A stretch of 64,000 nt of DNA from Synechococcus sp. (GCA_047284725.1 JBJBEO010000001.1:1144203-1208202), one strand, 5' to 3'. Shown: positions 1 through 10,101, counted from the first letter of the stretch. Notes: generated by a model from the sequence alone, not told the origin. Made by a program: numbers and translations.

Positions 1-3000
1 ATGCAAGTGTTGGGGCAGACCCTGGCGCAGCATGCGGAAGGCGGGCTCCTCCATGGGTGTTTCGAGGGCGATGTTCGGTTTGTCCGGACGGATTCTGGAA
101 AAGCCACAGCGTTTGGCCAGCAGTTTCAGCTCCATCAACTGCAACAGCGATTGCACAGGGCCCGGCAGTGCTCCGTAGCGATCGGCCCAGACCGCAGCCG
201 TTTCCACCAGAGCCTCCTGGCTCTGACATTCCGCGGCGGCACGGTAGGCCCCCATCTTTTCGTCGGCATCGGTGATCCAGTCAGCCGGAATGAAGGCGGT
301 GACCTGCAGATCCACCTGGGTGTCATCCACTGACGGGATGTCCTGTCCCTGGATCTCCGCCAGGGATTCCTGCAGCATCTCCATGTAGAGGTCAAAGCCG
401 ATGGCCTCCATCTGGCCACTCTGTTCAACCCCCAGCAGGTTGCCAACCCCTCTGATTTCCATGTCGCGCATGGCCAGCTGATAACCGCTACCCAGTTGGG
501 CAAACTCCTGAATCGCCCGCAGTCGTTGTCGGGCTGCATCGCTCAGGGAGGCGTCACCCGGATAGAACAACCAGGCATGGGCCTGAATGCCGCTGCGTCC
601 GACACGACCGCGTAGTTGATACAGCTGGGCCAATCCGAAGCGATGTGCATCTTCGATCAGAATCGTGTTCACCCTGGGGATATCGAGGCCGCTCTCCACG
701 ATCGTGGTGCAGAGCATCACATCGGCTTCTCCTCCGTTGAAGGCCACCATGGCGCTTTCGAGTTCGCCTTCCGCCATCTGACCGTGGGCCACCAGAAGTT
801 TGAGCCCTGGCAGCATCTGGCGCAATTTGCCAGCCACATCTTCGATGCCCTCCACACGGGGCACCACATAAAAGATCTGGCCGCCTCTGTCGAGTTCCTG
901 ACGAATCGCACTGCGCACCGCTTCGTCATCCAGGGCGGCGAGGTGGGTCTTGATCGGACGGCGCAGGGGGGGCGGTGTTGTGATCAAGCTCATTTCCCGC
1001 ACCCCGGACAGGCTCATGTACAGCGTGCGGGGGATCGGTGTTGCTGAAAGGGTGAGAACGTCGACGTCTTTGCGAAGGGCCTTGATTTTCTCTTTCTGAT
1101 TGACACCAAATCGCTGCTCTTCATCGACCACCAGCAGCCCGAGTTTGTCGAATGATGTGCTTTTGCTGAGCAATTGATGGGTGCCGACGACCGCATCAAT
1201 CGTGCCCTTGTTGAGGCCTTCAAGGATGGCTTTGCGTTCGCCTGTGGTCCGGAATCGATTCAGCAGCGCCACCTTGATCGGATAGGGCGCGAACCGTTCC
1301 GACAGCGTGCGCCAGTGCTGCTGTGCCAGCACAGTGGTGGGCGCGAGCATGGCCACTTGTTTGCCGGCGGTGATCGCTTTGAAGATCGCTCGGATCGCCA
1401 CCTCGGTTTTGCCGAAACCCACATCACCGCAGACCAGGCGGTCCATGGGTTGGCTTTTCTCCATGTCGCGTTTCACGTCTGCCGTGGCTTTGATCTGATC
1501 CGGTGTCGGTTCGTAGGGGAAGGACTCCTCCAGTTCCGTTTGCCAGGGTCCGTCCACTGGGTAGGCAAAGCCGGGCGCCTGATGCCGCTCCGCGTACAGC
1601 TTCACCAGATCGAGCGCCACCTTGCGGACCGCCTTGCTGGCACGCTCCTTCGCCTTGACCCAGGCTGAGCCCCCCATTTTGCTGAGCTGAGGTGGGCTGT
1701 CGCTGTTGGCCCGATAGCGCCCGAGGCTGCCGAGCTGATCGGCGGCGACGCGCAGGATTCCGTCGGCATATTGCACGACGAGGTAATCACGCACCTCACC
1801 GCTGATCGCCAGCTTTTCCAGCTGTTTGAACCGACCGATGCCGTGGTTGCGATGCACCACGAAGTCGCCCGGTTGCATCTTGTTGGGGTCGACGGTGCGG
1901 CTCGCCGCTTTGCGACGCCGACGCACATAACCACTGCTGGTGAGGTTCTGCTGACCGAAGAATTCTCGGTCGGTGATCAGCACCACGCGCCAGGCGGGCA
2001 GCTGCAATCCCTCCAGTTCACCGGTTCCCTTGGTCTTGAGGGCGACTGGTGTCGACTGTTCAATCAGACGATCAATGGCCTGATGGTCGGCGGCATTGGG
2101 AACGAAGCGGCTGATGCAGTCGTGTTCCTCAAGCAAGGCCACAGCTCGGCTCGGCTGCGCTGAGAGGAGCCAGACAGCTTGTCGATCCTGTTGGTAACCC
2201 TTGATCAACTCCCCCAGCTTCCCGAATTGATTGGGGTAGGCCGGTACGGGCCTGCTGGCCAGATCGAAGCTGTTGCTGTGGTTGTCGTTTTCCTGCAGCT
2301 CGGCGAGATCGAAGCCCGTAAACGAATCGGCCAGGGCCATGGCCGCATCAATGCTGCGGTGTAAGGGCGGTAGGGACAGCCCCAGTTCGTTGTAATGGTC
2401 TGATGCATGGTCCAGCCATTGCTGACCATGGGCTCTGCCATGGCGGCGCTCGTCGATGGCGACACAACACCCCGCAGGCAGATAGTCGAGTAAGGATGCT
2501 GGCTCTGCCCAGGCCAATCCCATCAGCCGGCGCATGCCTTCAGGGGTGTCTCCCTCGAGAAGGGCATTGCGTTGCTCTTCATTGAGGAGCTCGTCCAGCC
2601 CATCCGGCATGTTTTCGCGCAGCTGCTCGGCAATCAGAGGGCTGAACCCCGTCGGTGTCAGACGCAGTTGATCGACCGGATCAAGGGATCGCTGACTGGC
2701 GGGATCGAATTCGCGCAGTTTGTCGAGTTCGTCGCCAAACAGTTCGAGCCGCACAGGCAGCTCGCAACTGACCGGAAAAATGTCGACGATGTCGCCGCGT
2801 CGACTCCAGGTGCCCTCCTGATCGATACTCGAGACACGCTCATAGCCGAGCTGGCTCAGGGTCAGAGCCAGTGCTTCCAGGTCGACGCTGTCTCCCTTGC
2901 GAAGGGTGCAACATCGGGCAGCCAGCGCTTCCGGTGGCGGGAGATGCGGTTGAAGACAGCGTTCTGTCGCCACGATCGCCAGGCCAGCGCGGCTGGTTGC

Positions 3001-3336
3001 ATCCTGAAGTTCACTCAGAACCTGAAGCTGTCCCCAGGTGATCTCCGTGGTCGGATCAAAGGGTTCGTAGGGGGAGCCTTCACTGGTGGGATACAGCTGG
3101 GCTGAGCGCCAGCCCATCTGTTCGAGCAGCGTTGTCCAGCGACCTGCCTCTTCAAGGCTGGGGACCACCACCAACAGAGATTGATCGGCACGAGCGGCCA
3201 GGGCGCTGGCCACCAGGGCTCTCGTTCCACGGCCTGCACCACGCAGCAGCAGGCGCTCGGACCGGTCCGTGCGCTCCAGCAGCTCACCGGTCAGCGCCGA
3301 CGTCTGCAGCAGGCTGACCAGGGAGCTCAGGGGCAT
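1..3336 (-). CDS. mfd: Transcription-repair coupling factor (3' end runs off the window)
   Basis: Minus-strand frame from ATG at 3336 (MPLSSLVSLLQTSALTGELL...). Contains the CarD-like GDFVVHRNHGIGRF, helicase DRLVCGDVGFGKTEV, VVDEEQRFGV, TLSATPIPRT, QLYQLRGRVGRS and LAMRDMEIRGVGNLLG. Missing from the ORF track because it has no stop inside the window. Confidence 0.97.
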   Translation of the reverse strand, partial: MPLSSLVSLLQTSALTGELLERTDRSERLLLRGAGRGTRALVASALAARADQSLLVVVPSLEEAGRWTTLLEQMGWRSAQLYPTSEGSPYEPFDPTTEITWGQLQVLSELQDATSRAGLAIVATERCLQPHLPPPEALAARCCTLRKGDSVDLEALALTLSQLGYERVSSIDQEGTWSRRGDIVDIFPVSCELPVRLELFGDELDKLREFDPASQRSLDPVDQLRLTPTGFSPLIAEQLRENMPDGLDELLNEEQRNALLEGDTPEGMRRLMGLAWAEPASLLDYLPAGCCVAIDERRHGRAHGQQWLDHASDHYNELGLSLPPLHRSIDAAMALADSFTGFDLAELQENDNHSNSFDLASRPVPAYPNQFGKLGELIKGYQQDRQAVWLLSAQPSRAVALLEEHDCISRFVPNAADHQAIDRLIEQSTPVALKTKGTGELEGLQLPAWRVVLITDREFFGQQNLTSSGYVRRRRKAASRTVDPNKMQPGDFVVHRNHGIGRFKQLEKLAISGEVRDYLVVQYADGILRVAADQLGSLGRYRANSDSPPQLSKMGGSAWVKAKERASKAVRKVALDLVKLYAERHQAPGFAYPVDGPWQTELEESFPYEPTPDQIKATADVKRDMEKSQPMDRLVCGDVGFGKTEVAIRAIFKAITAGKQVAMLAPTTVLAQQHWRTLSERFAPYPIKVALLNRFRTTGERKAILEGLNKGTIDAVVGTHQLLSKSTSFDKLGLLVVDEEQRFGVNQKEKIKALRKDVDVLTLSATPIPRTLYMSLSGVREMSLITTPPPLRRPIKTHLAALDDEAVRSAIRQELDRGGQIFYVVPRVEGIEDVAGKLRQMLPGLKLLVAHGQMAEGELESAMVAFNGGEADVMLCTTIVESGLDIPRVNTILIEDAHRFGLAQLYQLRGRVGRSGIQAHAWLFYPGDASLSDAARQRLRAIQEFAQLGSGYQLAMRDMEIRGVGNLLGVEQSGQMEAIGFDLYMEMLQESLAEIQGQDIPSVDDTQVDLQVTAFIPADWITDADEKMGAYRAAAECQSQEALVETAAVWADRYGALPGPVQSLLQLMELKLLAKRCGFSRIRPDKPNIALETPMEEPAFRMLRQGLPQHLH

Positions 3337-3442
3337 GGATCACCAACGTCGATGACGTCTGATCCTCGCAAGTGGAGGAGATCTGTCGCGACAGGGCAAG
3401 CCATGGTCCGTCTGCCTAACGTTGAAGAAATCGTCTGGTTCG

Positions 3443-3730
3443 ATGCCTCGCTTTCGTTGCCCCGACTGCTGCTGTGGGCCAGCGATCGTGTTGCGTCCTC
3501 CCAAGGGTGCGACCCCCATCTGCTCCCGTTGCGGCACCGTGCTGGAGCGTCAACCACTGGTGCGGCCGATTCCGCTTTTTGTGTTTCTTGGCGTCAGCGC
3601 CTCATTCATTGTGTTGTCGGTTCCATCCTTGTTCTTTCCGCAGCCTGCGCCACGGCGTCAGCCATCTGTACCCGTTGATTCAACCGACGTCACGGAATCA
3701 CGCCAACGTGATGTTGTTGCGAAGGCTTAG
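3443..3730 (+). CDS. Small Cys-rich (Zn-ribbon-like) membrane-anchored hypothetical protein
   Basis: MPRFRCPDCCCG...CSRCG followed by a hydrophobic segment (IPLFVFLGVSASFIVLSVPSLFF). Confidence 0.6.
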   Translation: MPRFRCPDCCCGPAIVLRPPKGATPICSRCGTVLERQPLVRPIPLFVFLGVSASFIVLSVPSLFFPQPAPRRQPSVPVDSTDVTESRQRDVVAKA

Positions 3731-3921
3731 GTCGTAGGAGGTCATCACTGCCGTGGAAACAAAACTGCTTGCCTTCCTGGCCTTTGGCGCTGCTGTCACC
3801 ACCCTGGCCGCATGGATGTTGGCCAACGTTGGTTCAATGGATTCCAATCAGCGCTGACACTCCTAGGTGTTTGATCTCGAACCCCTGTTTTGTTGATCAG
3901 ATTTTCCCTGCACAACCTTCG

Positions 3922-4167
3922 CTAGGTGGGTGTCGGCAGGCTGACTTGATAGAGAGTGTTTGTGGCTTTTTTCCATTGCACAAGATGATTGCTGTCAATC
4001 TTGTTCTTGGTGAGGCAGTCGTTGATGTCGTTGCCAGCCATGGTGGCTCTGCTCCAATGATCGCCCTGGCTCCTCATTTGGCTGCGGTTGCGATCTTTCC
4101 AGTCACTCCAGGTGATGTTGGGATACTTCGATCGATGTTCACTCAGAATCACGATTGTGAAATCCAT
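3922..4167 (-). CDS. Possible small hypothetical protein
   Basis: 81-codon ORF from ATG 4167 (MDFTIVILSEHRSKYPNITWSDW...) in an otherwise unexplained gap; no recognised motif. Confidence 0.3.
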   Translation of the reverse strand: MDFTIVILSEHRSKYPNITWSDWKDRNRSQMRSQGDHWSRATMAGNDINDCLTKNKIDSNHLVQWKKATNTLYQVSLPTPT

Positions 4168-4414
4168 GGCTCTGCCTGTCTTCGGCTGAAAACTATAGGG
4201 AACCGGCTGATGCGATTGACACGGCCAGGGCTCCCTAGTACTGCTGTCGCGTCTGGAGGCGTTGATGACGGTGCAGTCGCTCACGCACTGGCTGGTCTGT
4301 GTCGCTGCTTGGTCTGATCCCTCTGACCCGTGGATGCAATCGTTTGATGTTGACTCAATGATTCGATTGACGCGTTGCGGAACCTTTGCTGTCTGAACTC
4401 TGGCCTGACCGGTT

Positions 4415-5182
4415 TTATTGGCCGCTGACGATCTCATTTTCAAGCAGCATATTAAAACCGAGAAGTTGTTCATCGCTCAACGATTGGCGACTGCTGGCTC
4501 CAAGTTTGTCCTGCAAGAAGGCACGCGCTTTTGCAGGCTCCCACTGAAGGCTTTGCAGCATCTGATCCCCCTGGCTGATCAGCTCACTGCGACGAAGCGG
4601 AACAGGTGCCTGATCAGCCGAGGTGCCTGGCTCCAGGGCTTGCAACCGTTTGATGTAGGCCACGAGGTCGCTGTAGCGCGTCACCTTGTGGCGGCTGCCA
4701 TGACCAAAGGCCCGTTCCAGGTAATGGCGCTCCTGGGCTCGGTCCCAGCCGATCCGCTGGAGTTCCAGGTCGATGGCGGCAAGTTCGTCGCTCCAGTCGT
4801 CAGGGTCGGTTGGCGCTTCGCTGGGGGCCTGGTCCGCTTGCTGTGGCTCAGGGCTCTGAAGCAATGGCAGGTCCGGGGGGACAGGGTTGCTCGTTTTCGG
4901 CACCTCCTTGGTGTTGCCTTCTGGCGCGGCGTTCGGCGTGACGGCTGCTGGCTTTGGTGTTGCTGTGCGGGGTGCGGCTGATGGGGGATTGGGAGGTGGT
5001 GACACGGAGGCCTGTTCTGTTCCGAGGCGCCGAAGAAGCCTCTCCAGGGCTCGGTCTTCAGCCTCTTCGGCACTGCTTGCCTCCCCGATGGCACTGGCGA
5101 TCACCGTGCCGCCCTCGGAGGCCATGACCAGCACCACACAGCGCGTCGACTCGATGTGGCAGAGCTGAGCCTGGGTGTGCAT
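4415..5182 (-). CDS. Conserved cyanobacterial hypothetical protein
   Basis: 255 aa. N-terminal AEEAEDRA motif, Pro-rich linker, and C-terminal DWSDELAAIDLELQRIGW...FG and SRQSLSDEQL repeats. Confidence 0.8.
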   Translation of the reverse strand: MHTQAQLCHIESTRCVVLVMASEGGTVIASAIGEASSAEEAEDRALERLLRRLGTEQASVSPPPNPPSAAPRTATPKPAAVTPNAAPEGNTKEVPKTSNPVPPDLPLLQSPEPQQADQAPSEAPTDPDDWSDELAAIDLELQRIGWDRAQERHYLERAFGHGSRHKVTRYSDLVAYIKRLQALEPGTSADQAPVPLRRSELISQGDQMLQSLQWEPAKARAFLQDKLGASSRQSLSDEQLLGFNMLLENEIVSGQ

Positions 5183-5220
5183 TCCACTGGTGCAAGCTGC
5201 CCATTTCTAGGCTGCATCCC

Positions 5221-5949
5221 ATGGATTCAGCAGCTCTGCCATCACTCACCCCCCTTCTTGACGGTGTCGACCGTTGGGGGGAGTTGTTGCCTCTGTTGCC
5301 GGTGTTGGTGTCGTTGGAACTGATTCTTTCCGCTGACAATGCCATCGCCCTGGCCGCCATCGCCAGCGCTCAGCACGATCCAGAGCGGGAACGCCAGGCT
5401 CTGAATCTGGGGATCGCCATGGCTTTCGGCTTAAGAATTGGCCTGATCCTGATGGCTCAATGGGTGCTGGCATTCCGGCCCATTCAGTTGCTGGCTGGTT
5501 GCTACCTGCTTTGGTTGTTCATCGACCACTGGCGTTCACGTTGGCCGAACAGTGAGACGACTGACAGTTCAGCCGCAACATCGGCAGCGGGTGCCAATTC
5601 CTTTGTTCGTACCGTCCTGGCCCTGGCGTTCACCGACCTGGCTTTTTCCATTGACAGTGTTGCAGCGGCCGTGGCGATCAGTGACCAGCTGATTTTGGTG
5701 ATCACCGGCGCCTTCATTGGCGTGGTGGCTTTGCGTTTCACATCGGGTCTTTTCATTCGCTGGCTTGAGATGTTTTCCCGTCTCGAATCGGCTGGTTATT
5801 TCGCGGTCGCCTTTGTCGGCCTCAAACTTTTGGTCTCCTTGGTTTGGCCAACCCTTGTTGTGCCGGAATGGTGCACTCTGGTGACCGTGACCCTGTTGTT
5901 GATCTGGGGGTTTTCCGAACGAAGATTATCGATGGCCGAGGAATCCTGA
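5221..5949 (+). CDS. TerC/YkoY family membrane protein
   Basis: LELILSADNAIALA and DLAFSIDSVAAAVA TerC motifs; several TM segments. Confidence 0.92.
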   Translation: MDSAALPSLTPLLDGVDRWGELLPLLPVLVSLELILSADNAIALAAIASAQHDPERERQALNLGIAMAFGLRIGLILMAQWVLAFRPIQLLAGCYLLWLFIDHWRSRWPNSETTDSSAATSAAGANSFVRTVLALAFTDLAFSIDSVAAAVAISDQLILVITGAFIGVVALRFTSGLFIRWLEMFSRLESAGYFAVAFVGLKLLVSLVWPTLVVPEWCTLVTVTLLLIWGFSERRLSMAEES

Positions 5950-5951
5950 CG

Positions 5952-6293
5952 ATGCTGGTTGAACTTCGACAGGCCGGAAGTGAGCGCCTGGTGGATCGCA
6001 TGGAGCTTGATGAGGCACCTCACCCAGGTCGATGGTTTGAGCACGGACAGCACTCCTATTTCGTGCTGCAACGACGTCATCGCTACGCCCTGCGATCCGG
6101 TCGCTATCAACTCGCGTCCGTTGTGTTGTCGGTGAAGCAGCAACGCCAACCCCTGGATGCGCGTCGTTTCCGCCACGGCTGGGTGATTGGCGATCCAAGC
6201 TGTCGCTTCAATGCGCTCAGTCCACTGCTGCGATGTGCCGTGTTGCCTGATGGACCCTGTGATTCCTGTCTGCAGCGTGAAGCGCGCTCTTAG
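5952..6293 (+). CDS. DUF6464-like cyanobacterial protein
   Basis: RRHRYALRSGRYQL and IGDPSCRFNALSPLLRCAVLPDGPCDSC motifs; ATG at 5952, just after the terC stop. Confidence 0.8.
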   Translation: MLVELRQAGSERLVDRMELDEAPHPGRWFEHGQHSYFVLQRRHRYALRSGRYQLASVVLSVKQQRQPLDARRFRHGWVIGDPSCRFNALSPLLRCAVLPDGPCDSCLQREARS

Positions 6294-6296
6294 GCC

Positions 6297-6791
6297 ATGA
6301 ACGAGCCATGGCCAGATCTCAGATGGCATTCCTGCCGACTGCTGCGCGGCCATGGTGTTGCGTCAGGCCATGCCAATCGTGACCCTCTCCGCCCCGATTC
6401 GCCCTATCCGGCTGGCACCATCACGATGCAAGCCCCCTTGTTCGCGGAGAGGGGGCTCGATCTTTCCCCTTACTGGCCCGGAACTCTCAACGTGTCCTTT
6501 GCACCCAAGAGCGTGGTGTTGAGAGACGCAGATCATTGCTTTCCCCATCTTCGTTGGACACCCTTGCATCCACCTGAAACCTTTTCGTTCTGGCGCGTGG
6601 TGTTGCGGCGAATCAGGTCATCGCAGGAGCTGAGTGGCTTGATTTATTTCCCCCACCCAGAGACCAAGCAGCGCCACTGGCAACCTCAGTCTGTGGTGGA
6701 AGTTCTCGCCCCATGGATCGCTTATCTTGATCCTCAGGAACCTCTGGCGCTGGGCGTCAGTCAACGTCAATTTTCGTTGCTGGATGCTTGA
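6297..6791 (+). CDS. Hypothetical protein with a riboflavin-kinase-like PGTLN motif
   Basis: GHGVASG...YPAGTI...WPGTLNVS...ETFSF...YFPHPETK; co-oriented with the upstream genes. Confidence 0.7.
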   Translation: MNEPWPDLRWHSCRLLRGHGVASGHANRDPLRPDSPYPAGTITMQAPLFAERGLDLSPYWPGTLNVSFAPKSVVLRDADHCFPHLRWTPLHPPETFSFWRVVLRRIRSSQELSGLIYFPHPETKQRHWQPQSVVEVLAPWIAYLDPQEPLALGVSQRQFSLLDA

Positions 6792-6920
6792 TCGTCCAGT
6801 TCAAGATTGAGGGCCTGGGCTGTGGACTTGTCAAGTTGTGTGCTGATCCATTCAGATGCATCCAGCCGAGCGATCGCATGGATTTAAATATTGATTGGAA
6901 GCCGTTGGGGCGAGGAGGTC

Positions 6921-7013
6921 ATGACTCCAGATTGGATTGGTGTGGCTGCGTTGTTGTTGATTATCGCCACAATCACTGCTGTTGGTTACCTGGAAGGGCA
7001 TTCAATGCTCTGA
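6921..7013 (+). CDS. 30-aa single-TM microprotein
   Basis: GAGGAGG Shine-Dalgarno directly upstream of ATG 6921; MTPDWIGVAALLLIIATITAVGYLEGHSML*. Too short for the ORF track. Confidence 0.55.
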   Translation: MTPDWIGVAALLLIIATITAVGYLEGHSML

Positions 7014-7300
7014 CGCCTCGAAGCAGTGCTGTCAGCTCGTAGTCCTTGAATCAGTTTGTCTTGCAACCTGACCAGCAAGCGTTCCATTCTTGATGCAGGT
7101 GTTTTGTGGTCAGAGAGTTGTCAAAACCACGCCACGTCTTGTCTGCCTGTTTGTCCGTTGCCATCAGTGACACCAGCAAGTCAATGGCTTCGTCGGCTGT
7201 GACGCGTCGCCCTGAGGGTGTTTTTGGCAGCAATTGAGCGCCTCTTTGCGCCAACACGGCCAATCGAATCGCCACAATGGGGGCCGATCAACGGAGCACC

Positions 7301-7964
7301 ATGGTCAGAAGCCCTGCTCCCTGGTTGGCCCTTGCCGCCCTGTCTGCAGCAGTGACCGGGTGTTCTGTCTTAACAGGGCGTGTTCCAAGTGTTTGCAAGG
7401 CGTTTCCTCTTTGCTCGCCTGCTGTGTCGACGTCGACGCCGATTAGCAAGGCAAGCCGCGAAGCAGCTGCAGGAGGCCACCCATCTCCGCAGCTACCGCA
7501 GAGCCGCGGAGGTCCTGGACCGTGAACTGATCCAACTCAGTGAAGGTCCTCTTTCTCCAGGCGAGAAGCGTGAGGTCGACCGACTGACGTCGCTCAACCG
7601 AACAGCGCAGATCGTCGTGCTGGAGGAAACCAAGGCCCAGGCCAGCCTGGATCGGGCCAGCGACGCCATCACTGCGGCATCCAGGCTGAGGGGTGCAGGC
7701 CAACAGAGGCAGCTGGCGCAGGCCAAGGATCTCCTGGTGCAAATCCATGGCCGCAGTTTTGCCGATGAGCGATCACGGCGGCTGATGCAGGAACTGGAAC
7801 GCCTGATGGCTCAATCCGAACTTGAGGTTCCGAAGGACCCCAAACAGGAGCCAAGCAAGGCTGGGGATCCTGTGGCTCCACCGCAACCAGCCTTGCCTCC
7901 ACCAAGTCAAGGCGATTTGCAGGGCGGTCAGCCAGACGGTTGGTGGGACAAGCCCCTCTTCTGA
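7301..7964 (+). pseudogene. Putative lipoprotein, apparently frameshifted near 7445-7456
   Basis: GGAG RBS and ATG 7301 give a lipoprotein signal (LAALSAAVTG-C). The helical body (AKQLQEATHLRSYRRAAEVLDREL...) continues in another frame after AGCAAGGCAAGCC (tandem GCAAG). Confidence 0.55.
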
Positions 7965-8016
7965 CGCCACGTTGAATCCAGGAAGGCCTGGCTTAATCTC
8001 TGGGTCCGATGGATTC

Positions 8017-8595
8017 GTGGGGCTTGTGCGTCAGAAAGCTGGTGTGATTGCAGGTGTCGCGCTATCAGCAGCTGCCTCTTGGCTCTCTGTGGAGCCGGTT
8101 CTGGCCGGAGCCAGCGCACGGGGGTTTGTCTGCGGTGTCGCCAATGGTGCTCCAGCCACCAACGCCCTGAAAGCTGATGGCACGCAGATCCCTGTGATCC
8201 GCTGGACCAGCAGCACGTTCACTGCTGCCGGCTGGGGTCCGCAGCGTCGCTGCGAGGAGGTGTCCGAACGGTTCGACACCTATCTCAAGCAGGGACGTCT
8301 GGCCTACATCACCACAGGACGGATGAATCGACTGCCTGTGATCTGTACAGCAGCGAGCAAGCGTGGCCCCTGCGATGGCTTGCTCTACACCCTGAAGCCT
8401 GGTCAGAACGCCACCGCCACGTTGAAGGACTTGTTGCAGATTCGGGTCAAGGCACGGGGACCACTGAATGAGACCAGTGGCAGGCTCTACGTGAGTCTCG
8501 ATGAGCTGATGACCGCGTCCGAGGCCAGCACCGATGCTGTGATGGCACCCGAGCTCTCAGACACGTCGACTCAGCCCACGACTCCCCTCTGGTGA
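8017..8595 (+). CDS. COP23 (circadian oscillating protein) domain protein
   Basis: FVCG...PAT...IPVIRWTS..F..AGWGPQRRCEEVSERF...YITTGRMNRLPVICTA...LLYTLKP; signal peptide; start approximate. Confidence 0.85.
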   Translation: MGLVRQKAGVIAGVALSAAASWLSVEPVLAGASARGFVCGVANGAPATNALKADGTQIPVIRWTSSTFTAAGWGPQRRCEEVSERFDTYLKQGRLAYITTGRMNRLPVICTAASKRGPCDGLLYTLKPGQNATATLKDLLQIRVKARGPLNETSGRLYVSLDELMTASEASTDAVMAPELSDTSTQPTTPLW

Positions 8596-8906
8596 GGCTG
8601 TGCCGGAAGGTCCGCCGTGTGGCCAAAACAACGTTCGTGATCCCTTCACAGTTGTCTTTCTTTCATTCAGGAGGACGCGTCAGTCGTCGTTGTGATTGCT
8701 CGGTTCGTGGCCATGGGGTTCCAACACTTTTCGCCAGACCCGGCGAGGGTGCTTACCGCAAGGCATGGACTTGATGCGTGATTGTGTGATTCGATCAACG
8801 ACTGGTCTGATTGGATTTGCGCAGCTTCATCAGGTGATGCAGCTTTTGTTCGGCAGAGCTGTCGCTGCATTTCAGGGCTATGTTTTGAATCCTGTTGGCA
8901 TTCTCA

Positions 8907-9332
8907 ATGCCTGAATCGTCTTGCTTGAGCTGGCCTCAGTTGTTCAAAAGGGCAGCAACGAAACCGTTTGACTATCGGTCAACCTCATCAAGGGCTGAGT
9001 ACTGGGTCTTTGTGATTTCCATGGCAGTCGTGCAGGCCATTGTGTCCATGATTGTCACCATCGGTACGGCGTTCTATGTCTATGCCTCCACGGCCCCTGA
9101 AAGCATGGGTTCCGAATCGTCTGGGCTGATTTCGGTGGGAGTCCTTTTGTCGGTTGTAAGTGTGCTTAATTTTCTGATAAGCATCTATATCATTCTTGCT
9201 ACATCTGCGCTTGCCAACCGACGACTGAGAGACCTCCAAATGAATACCTGGTTGACGCCCTTGTTCCTGATTCCTTGCCTGAATTTTATCCTTGCGCTTG
9301 TTTACTTCACGAGGAAAAGGGCTTTGGCATAA
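8907..9332 (+). CDS. DUF805 family membrane protein
   Basis: FDYRSTSSRAEYW and ALANRRLRDL motifs; 3 TM segments. Confidence 0.85.
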   Translation: MPESSCLSWPQLFKRAATKPFDYRSTSSRAEYWVFVISMAVVQAIVSMIVTIGTAFYVYASTAPESMGSESSGLISVGVLLSVVSVLNFLISIYIILATSALANRRLRDLQMNTWLTPLFLIPCLNFILALVYFTRKRALA

Positions 9333-9444
9333 CCGCTTGAATCGGCATCTCGGACTGCTGGAGTGCTGATTGAGCGACATATTCAGAAGCCTGGCACGAA
9401 TGGACGACTTTGAATTCAGGTTCTGCGCGATCGTCGTGGGTCGC

Positions 9445-9501
9445 TTACAGTTGTCATGAGCGAAGCGAGTGGAAGCTATTCGGTTGATCCAATTGTTCTG
9501 C
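9445..9501 (-). repeat. Degenerate/truncated attC (last cassette)
   Basis: Minus strand, 8 nt after the stop at 9509: GCAGAAC-AATTGGATCAACCG...CACTCGCTTCGCTCATG. This looks like an R''/L'' arm with the CGCTTCGCT loop common in attC sites; no 3' GTT arm found. Confidence 0.5.
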
Positions 9502-9508
9502 TACACCA

Positions 9509-9970
9509 TTAGTTGGAATGACCTTGATTGCCGTACCAACCTCCTGTGTCACCCCCAATCCAAACTTTATGTTTGAATTGGGGGAAATATTCATGACAAA
9601 GACTTAGGATGTTATCGTCTTTAGTTATGTTGTCGCCCTTTTTGTAACCTTTTGGGTAAAAGATTCTATCAATATATTTGCCTTGTACTCTTATCTGGCC
9701 GATGACGTAAATTCCATTGCCTACCCCGTATACGGAGCCTTCTTTTTGCTTTGTGTATACTGCTACATATCCACCGTCAGCTTTTGTGTAATGGTTAATT
9801 GTAGGCAATATTCGTCTTTCGAGGCCTGGTAAGGGATAATTGATTGCTATATTTTCCTTTACGTAAACTTTAAAATCACGTGGCAAAAGATTGCTTGTCG
9901 AGATTCGAGGATTACCAGTGCAGCCTAGTGTAGTGAGGCTAAGTGCAATGAAGAGTGTCAATTTTTTCAT
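9509..9970 (-). CDS. Cassette-encoded putative lipoprotein, unknown function
   Basis: AT-rich; ATG 9970 MKKLTLFIALSLTTLG-C lipobox; C-terminal WIGGDTGGWYG. Confidence 0.8.
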   Translation of the reverse strand: MKKLTLFIALSLTTLGCTGNPRISTSNLLPRDFKVYVKENIAINYPLPGLERRILPTINHYTKADGGYVAVYTKQKEGSVYGVGNGIYVIGQIRVQGKYIDRIFYPKGYKKGDNITKDDNILSLCHEYFPQFKHKVWIGGDTGGWYGNQGHSN

Positions 9971-9979
9971 ATTTTTTCT

Positions 9980-10084
9980 TTCTATTTTGTTGAAAGCTGC
10001 CCCGCAGTGGCAGGCAGAGAGTTTGTAGTGGCGAAGGAAGAAGATTATTGTTGGTGGTCTGCCTACTTGAAGGACTTGTTCGAT
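9980..10084 (-). repeat. Degenerate attC
   Basis: R''-like ATCGAAC-AAGTCCTTCAAG 18 nt after the MazG-like stop; internal stem AGGCAGA/TCTGCCT. GTTCGATGC matches this cassette's 5' GTTAGAAGC at 7/9. The R' GTT is eroded. Confidence 0.45.
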
Positions 10085-10101
10085 GCCCATAAAGGCTAGG
10101 G

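Noticed and set aside
1..3317. Many + strand and short - strand ORFs over the first 3.3 kb
   Set aside because: Shadow ORFs of mfd, which the track omits because its stop lies outside the window.
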